A stretch of 63,427 bases of DNA, counting the filler, from an uncultured archaeon (lineage in GTDB: Archaea > Iainarchaeota > Iainarchaeia > Iainarchaeales > 1-14-0-10-31-34), in the NCBI GenBank assembly GCA_964442255.1. It is 3 parts of 3 records of this genome, joined end to end, with 100 filler letters (N's around TTAATTAATTAA, not from the genome) between each part and the next. Parts side by side here need not be neighbours in the genome. Positions count along the whole stretch, not along the records: positions 27,989 to 55,655 come from CAYTYC010000018.1; positions 55,756 to 63,427 come from CAYTYC010000035.1; 1 more part is not named here. One strand, 5' to 3'. The position numbers and the translations under genes were made by a program. Positions within the stretch are counted from its first letter, which is position 1; each line of letters opens with the position of its first letter. The notes under the pieces were generated by a model. It saw nothing but the letters and a program-made list of their open reading frames with translations. It was not told the origin of the DNA and did no database searches. Of the stretch, positions 49,367 through 58,803 are shown piece after piece.

Positions 49367-50590
49367 ATGGGCCTGGGGGAAACGCGCGCGGACTTCAAAA
49401 TACTTGAAAAGCAGAGGGAAGGACGGCCATTCATTTATTTTGACAATGCTGCCACCTCCTTAACCCCAAACCAGGTGGTTGAGGCAATGAACTCCTATTA
49501 CTTTGAATTCAATGCAAACATCCACAGGGGCGTGCATTCATTGAGCGAAAAGGCATCCGAAGAATATGAAGGCGCGCACGAAAAAATCGCGAAATTTGTC
49601 GGGGCAAAAAAAGAGGAATTCGTTTTCACCCGCAACACAACGGAAAGCGTGAACCTTGTGATGTACTCGCTTTTGTGCAGTGATTTCTTCAGTGAAGGCG
49701 ATGAAATCTTGCTCACGGCAATGGAGCACCACTCCAATTTGGTGCCATGGCAGTTTGCCGCAAAAAAATCCGGCGCATCACTGAAATTCATTGAATTGAA
49801 TGAAGACTTCACGCTGGATATGGATGACTTCAGGGAAAAGCTTTCCGACAAAACAAGGCTTGTTTCGGTTGCGCACGCGTCAAACACTGTCGGCACAATA
49901 AACCCGGTGAAAGAGATCGCATCCGAGGCAAAAAAAGCCGGCGCACTTTTTTTTGTGGACGCAGCGCAAAGCGTTCCCCACATGCCTGTCAGCTTCCACG
50001 ACATTGGCGCGGATTTTCTCGCTTTTTCCGGGCATAAAATGCTCGGCCCCACCGGAACCGGGGGATTGTGCGTGAAAAAAGGCTTAATGGATTCACTGAA
50101 CCCGTTCATTTACGGGGGAAGCATGATTGGCGAGGTAAGCAGGGAGAAAAGCTCTTGGGCCGGACTGCCCTGGAGGTTTGAGGCCGGCACACCAGACATC
50201 GCGGGCTGCATCGGGCTGGGAAAGGCTGTGGAGTATTTGAAGAAAACAGGGATGGAAAACATAAGGGCGCACGCCAAAAAGCTTTTGGGGCTGGCCGCGG
50301 AAGAATTGAAGGGAATGGAAAAGCTGAAAGTATTCAATTCACTTAACCCGGAAATCCAGGGGCCGGTTATTTTGTTTAATTCTGAAACATTGGGCGCGCA
50401 TGAGCTGGCGCTTGCATTGGATGAGGCGGCAAACATTGAGGTTAGGAGCGGAATGCACTGCGCTGAGCCCCTTATTTCAAGGCTGGATGAAAAAGGGGTT
50501 GTGAGGGCCTCATTCTATTTCTACAACACGGAAGAAGAGGTTAAGCTTTTCGCGGAAGAACTGAAAAAAATTCTGGCGGCACTGGGCTAA
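49367..50590 (+). CDS. sufS: SufS-type cysteine desulfurase
   Basis: YFDNAAT, EHHSN, FSGHKMLGPTG, EAGTP, RSGMHCA. Confidence 0.94.
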   Translation: MGLGETRADFKILEKQREGRPFIYFDNAATSLTPNQVVEAMNSYYFEFNANIHRGVHSLSEKASEEYEGAHEKIAKFVGAKKEEFVFTRNTTESVNLVMYSLLCSDFFSEGDEILLTAMEHHSNLVPWQFAAKKSGASLKFIELNEDFTLDMDDFREKLSDKTRLVSVAHASNTVGTINPVKEIASEAKKAGALFFVDAAQSVPHMPVSFHDIGADFLAFSGHKMLGPTGTGGLCVKKGLMDSLNPFIYGGSMIGEVSREKSSWAGLPWRFEAGTPDIAGCIGLGKAVEYLKKTGMENIRAHAKKLLGLAAEELKGMEKLKVFNSLNPEIQGPVILFNSETLGAHELALALDEAANIEVRSGMHCAEPLISRLDEKGVVRASFYFYNTEEEVKLFAEELKKILAALG

Positions 50591-51045
50591 GGCATGGTTA
50601 TTTCCGCGGGCTCCGCGTTTTCCGCGCATTCAACCAATTCTTTCACCGGAATTTTCAGCACCGAATCGCTTTCCCCGGTGCAGCAGAAAACTTCTCCCTG
50701 TTTCTCCCACACCGGAAAGTCAACCAGGGTTTTCACCCCGTAAACGCTTAACGGCGGAAGCAGTTCCGAAGAATAGCCCGTGACTTCAATTGTTTCAGCG
50801 GACTCCGCTTCCCTGATTTTTTTTCCGCCCAATGCCCCTGAAACCCTGTCCAGGTCAACTTTCCGGTTTAGCTGAAAAACGCATAATATTCCCGCGCCGT
50901 TTTCATCCAGAAACAGCCTGGATTTAAGGAAGCTTTCCCCGCTTGCCCCGGAAAGCCTCCTTGCGTCCTGCGCGGAGGACGCAGTTTCCTTCAGGCGCAG
51001 AATTTTTGCGTTCGGGCAGTTCACTTCAGCAAAATCGCGGAGCAT
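50587..51045 (-). CDS. YbaK/EbsC family protein
   Basis: SAQDA, LKS.LF, EVTGY...LPP. Confidence 0.75.
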   Translation of the reverse strand: MLRDFAEVNCPNAKILRLKETASSAQDARRLSGASGESFLKSRLFLDENGAGILCVFQLNRKVDLDRVSGALGGKKIREAESAETIEVTGYSSELLPPLSVYGVKTLVDFPVWEKQGEVFCCTGESDSVLKIPVKELVECAENAEPAEITMP

Positions 51046-51106
51046 TTTAAGTTTATAGGATTAGTTAAATTTAAATACAATTTATACTCTATTAAATCCG
51101 AAAATC

Positions 51107-52195
51107 ATGCGGAAAATTCCTGCGCTTTTTTTTGTTTTGCTATTTTCGTGGGCAGCGTCCGCGCAGGAAGGAACGCAGACAATTTCCTATGATTTCACGG
51201 AAGCCGGCGGCTTCAGTGTTTCCAGCGCTTCAACCGGCGCGGACGTGGTTGGGCTTCCCCAAGAAGGGGGGGACTGCAGCGGGGTCCTTGATATCGCATT
51301 TAATCTCCTCATCACTACACAGCAGCTTGAACTCGGGCAGATAGACGCCGACACCACGTTAAGCGGGGAGGAAAAAGCGGAAAAAAAGGCTGAAACTGCG
51401 AAGGCAATGAATGCGTTAAGCGCAATTAATGCAACAGACTCCTGCACATACAACCCTGAAACAGGTTTGCTGGAATTTTCTTTCACAAGTTCATACGAAA
51501 ACTATCTTGCGCTGAAGGCGGTTTCCTCTTACGCGGATTCAGGGCCCTTTGTTTCAAAAGATGGCGGAACAATTTCAGTGAATTACAGGGGTTCGGGAAA
51601 CCTTCCATTGCTTGACGGAATGGAAAGCCTTTCAGGGATAGGCGAAAAAACAATCAAAATAAGGGTTCCGGGAACTGTTTCCTCAGTCAGCCCTGAAACT
51701 TCGCCTGATGCAGAAGGATTTTACGTTTTCCCGGACCCTGAAACAGCGGAAATAACTTTTGCGCCGGCTTCTTCCCGGCCCCCAACAGGAGGAGGGCAGG
51801 ATAACGGGGGAAGCACAGTTGACGAAGGCGGGGAAGAAGAAAGCGTTTCCCTTATTCCCCCAATTATTTCCGACAACATGGTTTATATTCTCGGCGGAAT
51901 TTCCGCCGTGGTTGTTGTCATAATCGTGTTCAAAATCAGGGGCAGAAGCAAGTCAAGGGAGTTCAGGAAAGAGGAAAAGCTTGGGGCAGCGCAGAAGGAG
52001 CTAAAAAAAGGCGGAAAAGAAAAAACTTCCCGGCCAACGGAAGTCGGGGAAGACGAGGAAAGCATCCAAAAGCTTGTAAAGGTTTTAAAGGAAAAGTCAA
52101 AAGATTTTTCAATGGAGGAAGTCAAGGCCGCAATAATCAACCAGGGCTACAGCGAAAAGATTGCGGACGAGGTGCTGAAAAGGATTTACTCCTGA
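51107..52195 (+). CDS. Secreted membrane-anchored protein
   Basis: Signal peptide, Gly/Glu linker, TM, charged tail. Confidence 0.75.
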   Translation: MRKIPALFFVLLFSWAASAQEGTQTISYDFTEAGGFSVSSASTGADVVGLPQEGGDCSGVLDIAFNLLITTQQLELGQIDADTTLSGEEKAEKKAETAKAMNALSAINATDSCTYNPETGLLEFSFTSSYENYLALKAVSSYADSGPFVSKDGGTISVNYRGSGNLPLLDGMESLSGIGEKTIKIRVPGTVSSVSPETSPDAEGFYVFPDPETAEITFAPASSRPPTGGGQDNGGSTVDEGGEEESVSLIPPIISDNMVYILGGISAVVVVIIVFKIRGRSKSREFRKEEKLGAAQKELKKGGKEKTSRPTEVGEDEESIQKLVKVLKEKSKDFSMEEVKAAIINQGYSEKIADEVLKRIYS

Positions 52196-52248
52196 AAGGT
52201 TTTTTCCAATACGCACGGCGCATGGGCCCTTAAGCGAAAAAAAAAAGC

Positions 52249-53151
52249 TCACCATTCAAGCTTAAATGGCGGGGTGAACTTTGGTTCCCTGAAGGGAATG
52301 AAGGCCGATTTTTTTCTTTTTCTTCTTTCCCCTAAAATCATTTTCCATTCCCTTAAATTGCTCAAATACGCGCGCAAAAGCCATCCAAGCCTTCCGTCCT
52401 TAATGCTTTGCAGGAAAATTAATCCCATGCCGGGAACAAAGCGCAGGAGGTCAAAAAACCCGAGGTTAAAGAAAAAAGACCTAAGCCGGTGGGTGTTGAG
52501 GAGAATGTAATGGTTCCTTGCGCTTATCGCTTTTCCGGAATCCTTTGAGGAAAAATGCACCACAATGCATGCGCTGCACTCAATTATTTTGTAGCCCCTG
52601 CTTCGGGCCCTAAAATTCCAGTCGGCCTCCTCCCCGTAAATCGGGGAAAAGTGCTCCGCGTCAAGGAAGCCTATCTCAGTTATCATGCCTTTTTTTGTCA
52701 TCCATCCAACCGGAAGGGTGAGTTTTTCCCTGTTTGGCCTGCGCCTGGCTTCCTTGACGAATTTACTGTTTTTGAACTGGTGAGGGAAAACCTCCTTAAC
52801 CCCTGCAACCGCTATTCTTTCATCCGAATCCAGGGTTTTCATCAGGCTTTCCAGCCACCCTTCCGTGACAAATGCGTCGTTGTTAAGGTAGGCTATGTAA
52901 TGCCCTTTGGCTTCCCTGTAACCCTGGTTCAGCGCGTAGGGAAAGCCCTTGTTTGACCTGTTTTTGATGAACCTTGCGTTCCTGAATTCTTTTTCCAGTT
53001 TTTGGATGCTGCCGTCCCTGCTGCCGTTGTCAACCACAATCAGTTCCAGCGGGGAGTAACTGGTGCGGGAGGAAATTGATTCAAGGCACTGTTTTGTGAG
53101 CGCATAGGAATTCCAGGTGGTGACAATCACTGAAACAAGCTTTCCCATCAA
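52249..53151 (-). CDS. Glycosyltransferase family 2
   Basis: VSVIVTTWN, VVDNGSRDGS, LNND, EEADW. Confidence 0.92.
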   Translation of the reverse strand: MMGKLVSVIVTTWNSYALTKQCLESISSRTSYSPLELIVVDNGSRDGSIQKLEKEFRNARFIKNRSNKGFPYALNQGYREAKGHYIAYLNNDAFVTEGWLESLMKTLDSDERIAVAGVKEVFPHQFKNSKFVKEARRRPNREKLTLPVGWMTKKGMITEIGFLDAEHFSPIYGEEADWNFRARSRGYKIIECSACIVVHFSSKDSGKAISARNHYILLNTHRLRSFFFNLGFFDLLRFVPGMGLIFLQSIKDGRLGWLLRAYLSNLREWKMILGERRKRKKSAFIPFREPKFTPPFKLEW

Positions 53152-53158
53152 ACCACTT

Positions 53159-54448
53159 TCACAGCCCGGACTTTCCTTTCACTATCCTTGGAAAAGGCAG
53201 CGGAATAATGTACTGCCCTCCGCCCTCACTGTAATCCTTTGTTTTGTCGATCAGCTCACCCGCAATTGTCCAGGCAAACAGCGCAAGGTAATCCGGCTTC
53301 TCTGTTTCAAGCGCTTTTCCCGGAAGGATTGGGATGCGGTTTCCTGCAAACGCCTTGTTCTGTTTTGTGGGCGCGTCGTCCACAATGAACTTGATGTCCT
53401 CTTTTCCGATTCCGCAGTAATGCAGGAGCGTGCTAGCCTTTGCCGCGGCGCCATAGCCGGCAACAATTTTTTTCTCTTCCCTGAGCCTTGAAATCAGTTC
53501 AAGGAAAGCCTTTTTCACTTCCCTTGTTTTTTCCGCGAAATCCGCGTAAGTTTGCGGCTCGTACAATCTTTTTTTCCTTTCTTTTTCAGGGAATTCCGCG
53601 ATGTTTTTTTCCCTTGCCTTGATGGAATCGTTTTCTTTGTGCGCGGCAAAAACCCTTATGCTTCCCCCGTGGATTGCAATTTCCTTTATGTCAAATATTT
53701 TCAGGCCCTCGCATTCAAAGAGCTTAAGAAGAGGCTTCACCAGGAAATATGAGAGGTGTTCGTGGTAGATTGTGTCAAACTCGTTTTTTTCAACCAAATG
53801 CAATGCGTAAGGGAACTCAACAACAAAAACGCCTTTTTCGTGCAAAACCTTTTTTACCGCCTTCAGGAAGCCGTGGACGTCGTGCACGTGCGCGAAAACG
53901 TTTGAGGCGGCAACAAAATGCGCCTTTCCCTTTTTTTCCGCAATTTTTTCCGCCACGCCTTCATTCCAGAATTCCACGAGGGTGGGAACGCCCTCCCGTT
54001 CCGCGATTTCCGCAAGGTTTTTTGCGGGGTCAACCCCCAAAACTTTGAAGCCGGCTTTACTGAATTCCTTCAGCATGCAGCCGTCGTTGCTTGCTATGTC
54101 AAGTGCAAGGCATTGTTCGGGGGAGGAAAAAAATTTTTTCGCCTCCCGCGCCATTCCCGCAAAATGTTTTCTGAATGTCTCTGAAATGGAGGTGCGGTAG
54201 GCGTAATCCGAAAAAAGAAGTTCGGGGCTTACCACCACGCTTAACTGGGAGAGGAAACAGTTTTTGCATAAAAGAACTTCCAGCGGAAAAACCGGGTCAG
54301 GGCTTTCCTTCGCGGGATCAACCAGGTTGTTTGCGAGAGGAAGGTTTCCGAGGGAAAGGTATTTTTCCAGTTTACCCGAAGAGCAAATCCTGCACCGCCT
54401 TACTTCCGTGAACAAAAAAACCGCCTCCTGTTGAAAAAAGCCTATCAA
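53159..54448 (-). CDS. NDP-sugar C-methyltransferase-like SAM-dependent methyltransferase
   Basis: CRIC..CKNCFLSQL, DIASNDG, DTIYHEHLSYF, HGGSIR, GYGAAAK. Confidence 0.9.
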   Translation of the reverse strand: MIGFFQQEAVFLFTEVRRCRICSSGKLEKYLSLGNLPLANNLVDPAKESPDPVFPLEVLLCKNCFLSQLSVVVSPELLFSDYAYRTSISETFRKHFAGMAREAKKFFSSPEQCLALDIASNDGCMLKEFSKAGFKVLGVDPAKNLAEIAEREGVPTLVEFWNEGVAEKIAEKKGKAHFVAASNVFAHVHDVHGFLKAVKKVLHEKGVFVVEFPYALHLVEKNEFDTIYHEHLSYFLVKPLLKLFECEGLKIFDIKEIAIHGGSIRVFAAHKENDSIKAREKNIAEFPEKERKKRLYEPQTYADFAEKTREVKKAFLELISRLREEKKIVAGYGAAAKASTLLHYCGIGKEDIKFIVDDAPTKQNKAFAGNRIPILPGKALETEKPDYLALFAWTIAGELIDKTKDYSEGGGQYIIPLPFPRIVKGKSGL

Positions 54449-54496
54449 AAGAGGCTGGGAAGCATTTAAAAATATTTAGAAAATGATTTACTTTCA

Positions 54497-55432
54497 ATGG
54501 CGGAAAAAATAGTTGTCACTGGCGGAGCCGGATTCATTGGCTCAACCCTTGTTGAGGCCCTGCTGGAGAAAGGGGGTTTTGAAATAACCGTTCTCGACAA
54601 TTTTTCCACCGGCAAAAGGAAAAACCTTGAAAAAGCTTCAGGAAAGGTAAAGGTGGCTGAAGGCGACATCTGCAGCTACCAAGAAACTGTGAAGGCAATT
54701 GCCGGGGCGAAAACGGTTTTCCATATGGCGGCTTTCAGTTACGTTGGGGAATCAATCAGGGAGCCCGCAAAATACAACAGGGAAAACATTGACGGAACCC
54801 TGAATGTTTTGAAGGCGGCGCACGAGAATTCCGCGGAACGGGTTGTTTTTCCAAGCAGCTGCATTGTTTACGGCAAAACCGGCAAAACCCCGATTCCGGA
54901 AACCGAGCCCTTAAACCCGAACACCCCCTATGGTTTAACCAAGCTTGCCGGGGAATTTTACTGCAAATTTTTCACTGAAGTGCACGGCCTTGAAACCGTG
55001 TGCCTGAGGATATTCAATGCCTACGGCCCAAGAATGCAGAACCGGGTTTTGTCAATTTTCGCTGACTTAATCCTGCAGGGAAAAAGCCCGAAAGTAAGCG
55101 GGGACGGAACCCAGGCCCGGGACTTTGTTTTCGTTGAAGACATTGCGGACGGCCTGGTAAAGGCGATGGAGGCCGGAAGGAATGCAAGCGGAAAATCATT
55201 TAACATTGGAACAGGGGCCGGGACAAATTTGAATGAATTGATTGAAAAAATCAATGAATCGCTGGGAACAAGCGTTGAGCCCGAGCACGTGGAGGTTGCG
55301 GCAGGCGAAATTGACGAAATAATCGCTGACACAAGGCTTTCCAAAGAGGTTCTCGGTTTCACGGCAAGGCATTCCCTTGACCAGGGGCTTGAAAAAACAA
55401 TTTCGTGGCTGAAGGAAAAACAGGGCCAATAA
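54497..55432 (+). CDS. NAD-dependent epimerase/dehydratase
   Basis: TGGAGFIGS, YGLTK, FNAYGP, RDFVFV. Confidence 0.93.
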   Translation: MAEKIVVTGGAGFIGSTLVEALLEKGGFEITVLDNFSTGKRKNLEKASGKVKVAEGDICSYQETVKAIAGAKTVFHMAAFSYVGESIREPAKYNRENIDGTLNVLKAAHENSAERVVFPSSCIVYGKTGKTPIPETEPLNPNTPYGLTKLAGEFYCKFFTEVHGLETVCLRIFNAYGPRMQNRVLSIFADLILQGKSPKVSGDGTQARDFVFVEDIADGLVKAMEAGRNASGKSFNIGTGAGTNLNELIEKINESLGTSVEPEHVEVAAGEIDEIIADTRLSKEVLGFTARHSLDQGLEKTISWLKEKQGQ

Positions 55433-55530
55433 AATGGCTGTTCCCCTGCCTGAAGGCAGGGGCATCTGGTTTTTCATTTGGCAAAGTCAGTTAAACAATC
55501 GCCATCAAGGGCGAGGCATTAAACCACCTA

Positions 55531-55653
55531 ACAGCCGTGGACATAAATACTTGAATTTTTGTACGTCAGGAAATGCTTTAGTTTGCCAAAATGCAGGAAA
55601 AAAAACAAGGTTCCAAAAACCAAAAAGTTTCCAAAACTTATGTCCGATACTAT
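55531..55653. mobile_element. MITE-like element, copy 2 (contig end)
   Basis: Near-identical to 324-445. Confidence 0.7.
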
Positions 55654-55655
55654 AA

Positions 55656-55755
55656 NNNNNNNNNNNNNNNNNNNNNNNNNNNNNNNNNNNNNNNNNNNNT
55701 TAATTAATTAANNNNNNNNNNNNNNNNNNNNNNNNNNNNNNNNNNNNNNNNNNNN
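55656..55755. other. Artificial contig linker
   Basis: N run + TTAATTAATTAA + N run. Confidence 0.95.
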
Positions 55756-56030
55756 TCCAAAAAGTTTGATCAAAAAGGGCCGCCTTCGGCGGAGAACCTT
55801 TTAAAAAAAGTTTTACCAAAAGAAACTTTTTAAAAAAGTTTCATCAAAACAAACTTTTTAAAAAAAAAAGTTTTACCAAAATTCGTCTTCGGCGGAGAAC
55901 CTTTCAAAAAAAGGTTCACCAAAATTCGCCTCCGGCGGAGAAACTTTTTAAAAAAGTTTCATCAAAACAAACTTTTTGAAAAAAAAAGTTTGGCCAAAAA
56001 ATTGCCTTCGGCAAGTGGCTTACGCCATGC
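55756..56030. repeat. Dense array of about 7 hairpin repeats
   Basis: GAAACTTTTTAAAAAAGTTTC-ATCAAAA units alternating with CGCCTTCGGCG-type mini-hairpins. Confidence 0.9.
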
Positions 56031-56066
56031 GGTTTCGCCGTTAACGGGGAATTGACGTCCATGTTT

Positions 56067-56101
56067 GGGAAACCCCGCACTTCAGTGCGGGGAGGACGTC
56101 A
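56067..56101 (+). mobile_element. IS200/IS605-like right-end remnant
   Basis: GGAAA-CCCCGCAC-TTCA-GTGCGGGG-AGGACGTCA: subterminal hairpin followed by a TCA end. Confidence 0.5.
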
Positions 56102-56102
56102 T

Positions 56103-56211
56103 AAACCCTTTCCGGGAACCCCGCCCATTTCACTTGGTAAATGAACCGGAATTCCCGCAAGCCGTTTACGGGAAAAAAAAACCCGGCATGCTTTAACCCA
56201 CCGCAGTTTAA
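56103..56211. repeat. ~107-bp structured direct repeat, copy 1
   Basis: Homologous to 61715-61821 and 63210-63317. Confidence 0.9.
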
Positions 56212-56277
56212 GTAAAAAAAATCAAAAAAAAAGGGAAGGGCCAGGGCTTCGGTTAATCCAAAGCCCTGGAAAAAGAA

Positions 56278-58803
56278 TCACTTTCTTTTTTTGGAGGATT
56301 TACTTTTCGGCTTTGCCTTTCTGCTTCTCCTTTTTTTTGCCGGCTTTTTGCTTACTTCCTTTTTCAGTTCTTCAGCGGAAAGGCTTGGGGCCGAAGAAAT
56401 CTCTTCTTCTTCATGCTTCTTTTTTTCTTTCCTCCTTTTTTCCCAAAGGTTTGCAGCCAGCAAAACCAGGATCACCAGAAGCACGAGAATTGCCGCGTCC
56501 TTGGGGCCGGAAATCAAAGCAAACCCGGTGGGCCCGCCTTCCCCTTCATCTTCAGGCAGGGCTATGGAAAGCTTTTTCCCGTAAACCCCCTGGTTTGTTG
56601 AGATGACGACAGGAATTTCAATTGTTTCCCCTGCCCCGAATTCCGGGCCAACCCTTATGCGCATTCTTGCCCTGGTTGACTCCTGTTTTTTCAGCACTGT
56701 CTCCCCTATCTCGTGTTCAGCGTAAAAGCCCAGCACGTTTATGTCCAGTATTTTTGAGGTAAAATTTGTGTCGTTTGTCAGAGTAATTGAAAGGATTACG
56801 TCCTTTTCCCCTGTTTCGTTTACCTCTTCAACCTCAATTCCCTCAATTTCAAGGTCTGTTTCATCAATCCTCAGCCCGGGAACCCCGCCCAGGACTCTGA
56901 TGTCAACGTCCTTTCTTGCCTCAAACCCGTATTCGGAAACAGCCTTCACCGTCACTGTAATCATTTCCTCCGGAAAGTCGATTGGCGCAAAGAAGTACAC
57001 GTACACTTCCTGCTCTTCGCCTGGCGCAAGGGTAACCTGCTTAGGGTCAAACAAAACCCAGCTCACTTCATCCACTGAAATTTCAATGCTTTGCCCCGCT
57101 TTCCCGGCATTTTCAAGTTTCAGGGTTCCGATTGCGCCTGTGTCAACGTTTACATCCACTGAATCCTGCAAATCGTTGAGCTGAATCCCGAAGCACACTT
57201 CATCCGATTCATAAGAGATGCCCTTGGTTTTGAATACCTCGTTTTCCTCCGATTCAACCGTTATTGTGTAAGAGCCTTGCGTTGTCTTTGAGGGAGTGCG
57301 GGCAAGCAACCGCATTTCTTTTGCTTCCCCCGCCTCAAGGAAAACCGTTGCAGCGGAAAGCTCAACCCATTCAGGCACCGCAGCCAGACTGAATTCCTGT
57401 GCCTGTGTTCCGTGGTTTGTTACCCTGAATTTGTCTTCTGTTGAAATGCCCTTGCACAGCTCAAAGTCGTTCATTTCAATCCCCACATCAAAGCAGTCAA
57501 ACAGCTCCAATTCAAGCCGTTTTTCCGCGGAAAGCTGTTCCGCGTCCAAAAGCAGTGAAAACTTGTGCACTCCTTCTTCCAGTCCCTGCAAATCAAGGGA
57601 AAATGAAATGTCCTTATAAGAGTTTCCGGGAACAGTTAATTTTTCATCCGAAAGCCGTCCCTCAATTCCCGCCAAACTTAACTTTAATTCAATTCCTTGT
57701 GTTCCGTCGTTCCTTATCCTTGCCGTGAATTCAGGGCTTGCCTCAAGGCAGGAATCGGAAGGGAAATCAGTTTCCCCGACCTTCACATCGTAGCAGTCCA
57801 CCAAATCAATGCTTAACTCTTTTTTGTAAGAGGTGCCGAATTTAACGGATTCCACCACAATGGCCGCGGAATAATTCTTTTTTTCCGCGGAGTTTGCCTC
57901 CAAAATGAGGCCAATTGTTTCCTTTTCTCCCGGTGAAAGGGCAAGGCTTTCCCTGCTTAGTTTCACCCAATCCGGGCCTTCAACCCTTAACTCAATTTCA
58001 TCGGAGAGCCTTCCGGTGTTTTCAATTGCAACCCTTTTCTTTGTTGTTTCGTCTTCGCATGCCTGGAATGATTCGTCAACTGAAATTCCTATCACCTGGT
58101 CGTTGAAGACGTTGAAGTAAACGTTCTCTTCCTCTGAAACCCCTGCAAGCGGAATTGAAGCCTTCACAGTGATTTCACGGGATGTTATTTCTTCGTCGCA
58201 CGGAATCCTTACGCTTAACTCCTGCCCGCGGGTTTTTCCCTTTCCCAGCGTGAAAGAAGAGCTGTCCAGTTCAAACCAACCGGATGGAATGCCTTCAACC
58301 CCTACCTCGACTTTTTCATCCCATCTGCCCGTGTTTTCAACCATTACGTCAAAGCTTTTTTCCTCGCACTGCGAGGCAGCAAATTCTTTGGGCTCAACCC
58401 TTAAGTTCAGGGAATGGCCCTGCAATACTGTGAAATCAATTACCTCAAACCCGAGCTCTCCGCCCTCTGTTTCCAGGAAAATTTCGTGGTGTCCCGCGGG
58501 AGCATGCCTTTTGGGGGTCAAAAAAACAAAAATGTCTTCATCGCATTTTCCAGGGGAAAGCAGCTTTTCTTCCTGGCCTATGTCAACGTCAATCCAGTCC
58601 GTGTTTTCAGGCGAAGCCTTCACCACGTAAACTTCATGGGAAGACTTGTCATTGCATACAGCGTACCGCAGGGAAACAGTTTCCTCCTGGTAAGCCGCCG
58701 CAGAAAAATCCCCGTCCAGCTCAACCGCTTCGGCGTAGGCGCCAAAAACGGCAAGCGAAACCAAAAAAACCCCCAACAATATGTACTTGTTCATTCTTTT
58801 CAA
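56278..58803 (-). CDS. Surface protein with tandem Ig-like (COG1470-like) domains, TM and Lys-rich tail
   Basis: Repeated V.NTG...W......L.PGE units; PTGF before the TM. Confidence 0.82.
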   Translation of the reverse strand: MKRMNKYILLGVFLVSLAVFGAYAEAVELDGDFSAAAYQEETVSLRYAVCNDKSSHEVYVVKASPENTDWIDVDIGQEEKLLSPGKCDEDIFVFLTPKRHAPAGHHEIFLETEGGELGFEVIDFTVLQGHSLNLRVEPKEFAASQCEEKSFDVMVENTGRWDEKVEVGVEGIPSGWFELDSSSFTLGKGKTRGQELSVRIPCDEEITSREITVKASIPLAGVSEEENVYFNVFNDQVIGISVDESFQACEDETTKKRVAIENTGRLSDEIELRVEGPDWVKLSRESLALSPGEKETIGLILEANSAEKKNYSAAIVVESVKFGTSYKKELSIDLVDCYDVKVGETDFPSDSCLEASPEFTARIRNDGTQGIELKLSLAGIEGRLSDEKLTVPGNSYKDISFSLDLQGLEEGVHKFSLLLDAEQLSAEKRLELELFDCFDVGIEMNDFELCKGISTEDKFRVTNHGTQAQEFSLAAVPEWVELSAATVFLEAGEAKEMRLLARTPSKTTQGSYTITVESEENEVFKTKGISYESDEVCFGIQLNDLQDSVDVNVDTGAIGTLKLENAGKAGQSIEISVDEVSWVLFDPKQVTLAPGEEQEVYVYFFAPIDFPEEMITVTVKAVSEYGFEARKDVDIRVLGGVPGLRIDETDLEIEGIEVEEVNETGEKDVILSITLTNDTNFTSKILDINVLGFYAEHEIGETVLKKQESTRARMRIRVGPEFGAGETIEIPVVISTNQGVYGKKLSIALPEDEGEGGPTGFALISGPKDAAILVLLVILVLLAANLWEKRRKEKKKHEEEEISSAPSLSAEELKKEVSKKPAKKRRSRKAKPKSKSSKKRK

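Noticed and set aside
55756..56030. Hairpin arrays and tRNA trailer repeats as CRISPR arrays
   Set aside because: Repeats are variable, the intervening sequences are themselves repeated rather than unique and even-sized, and no cas genes are present
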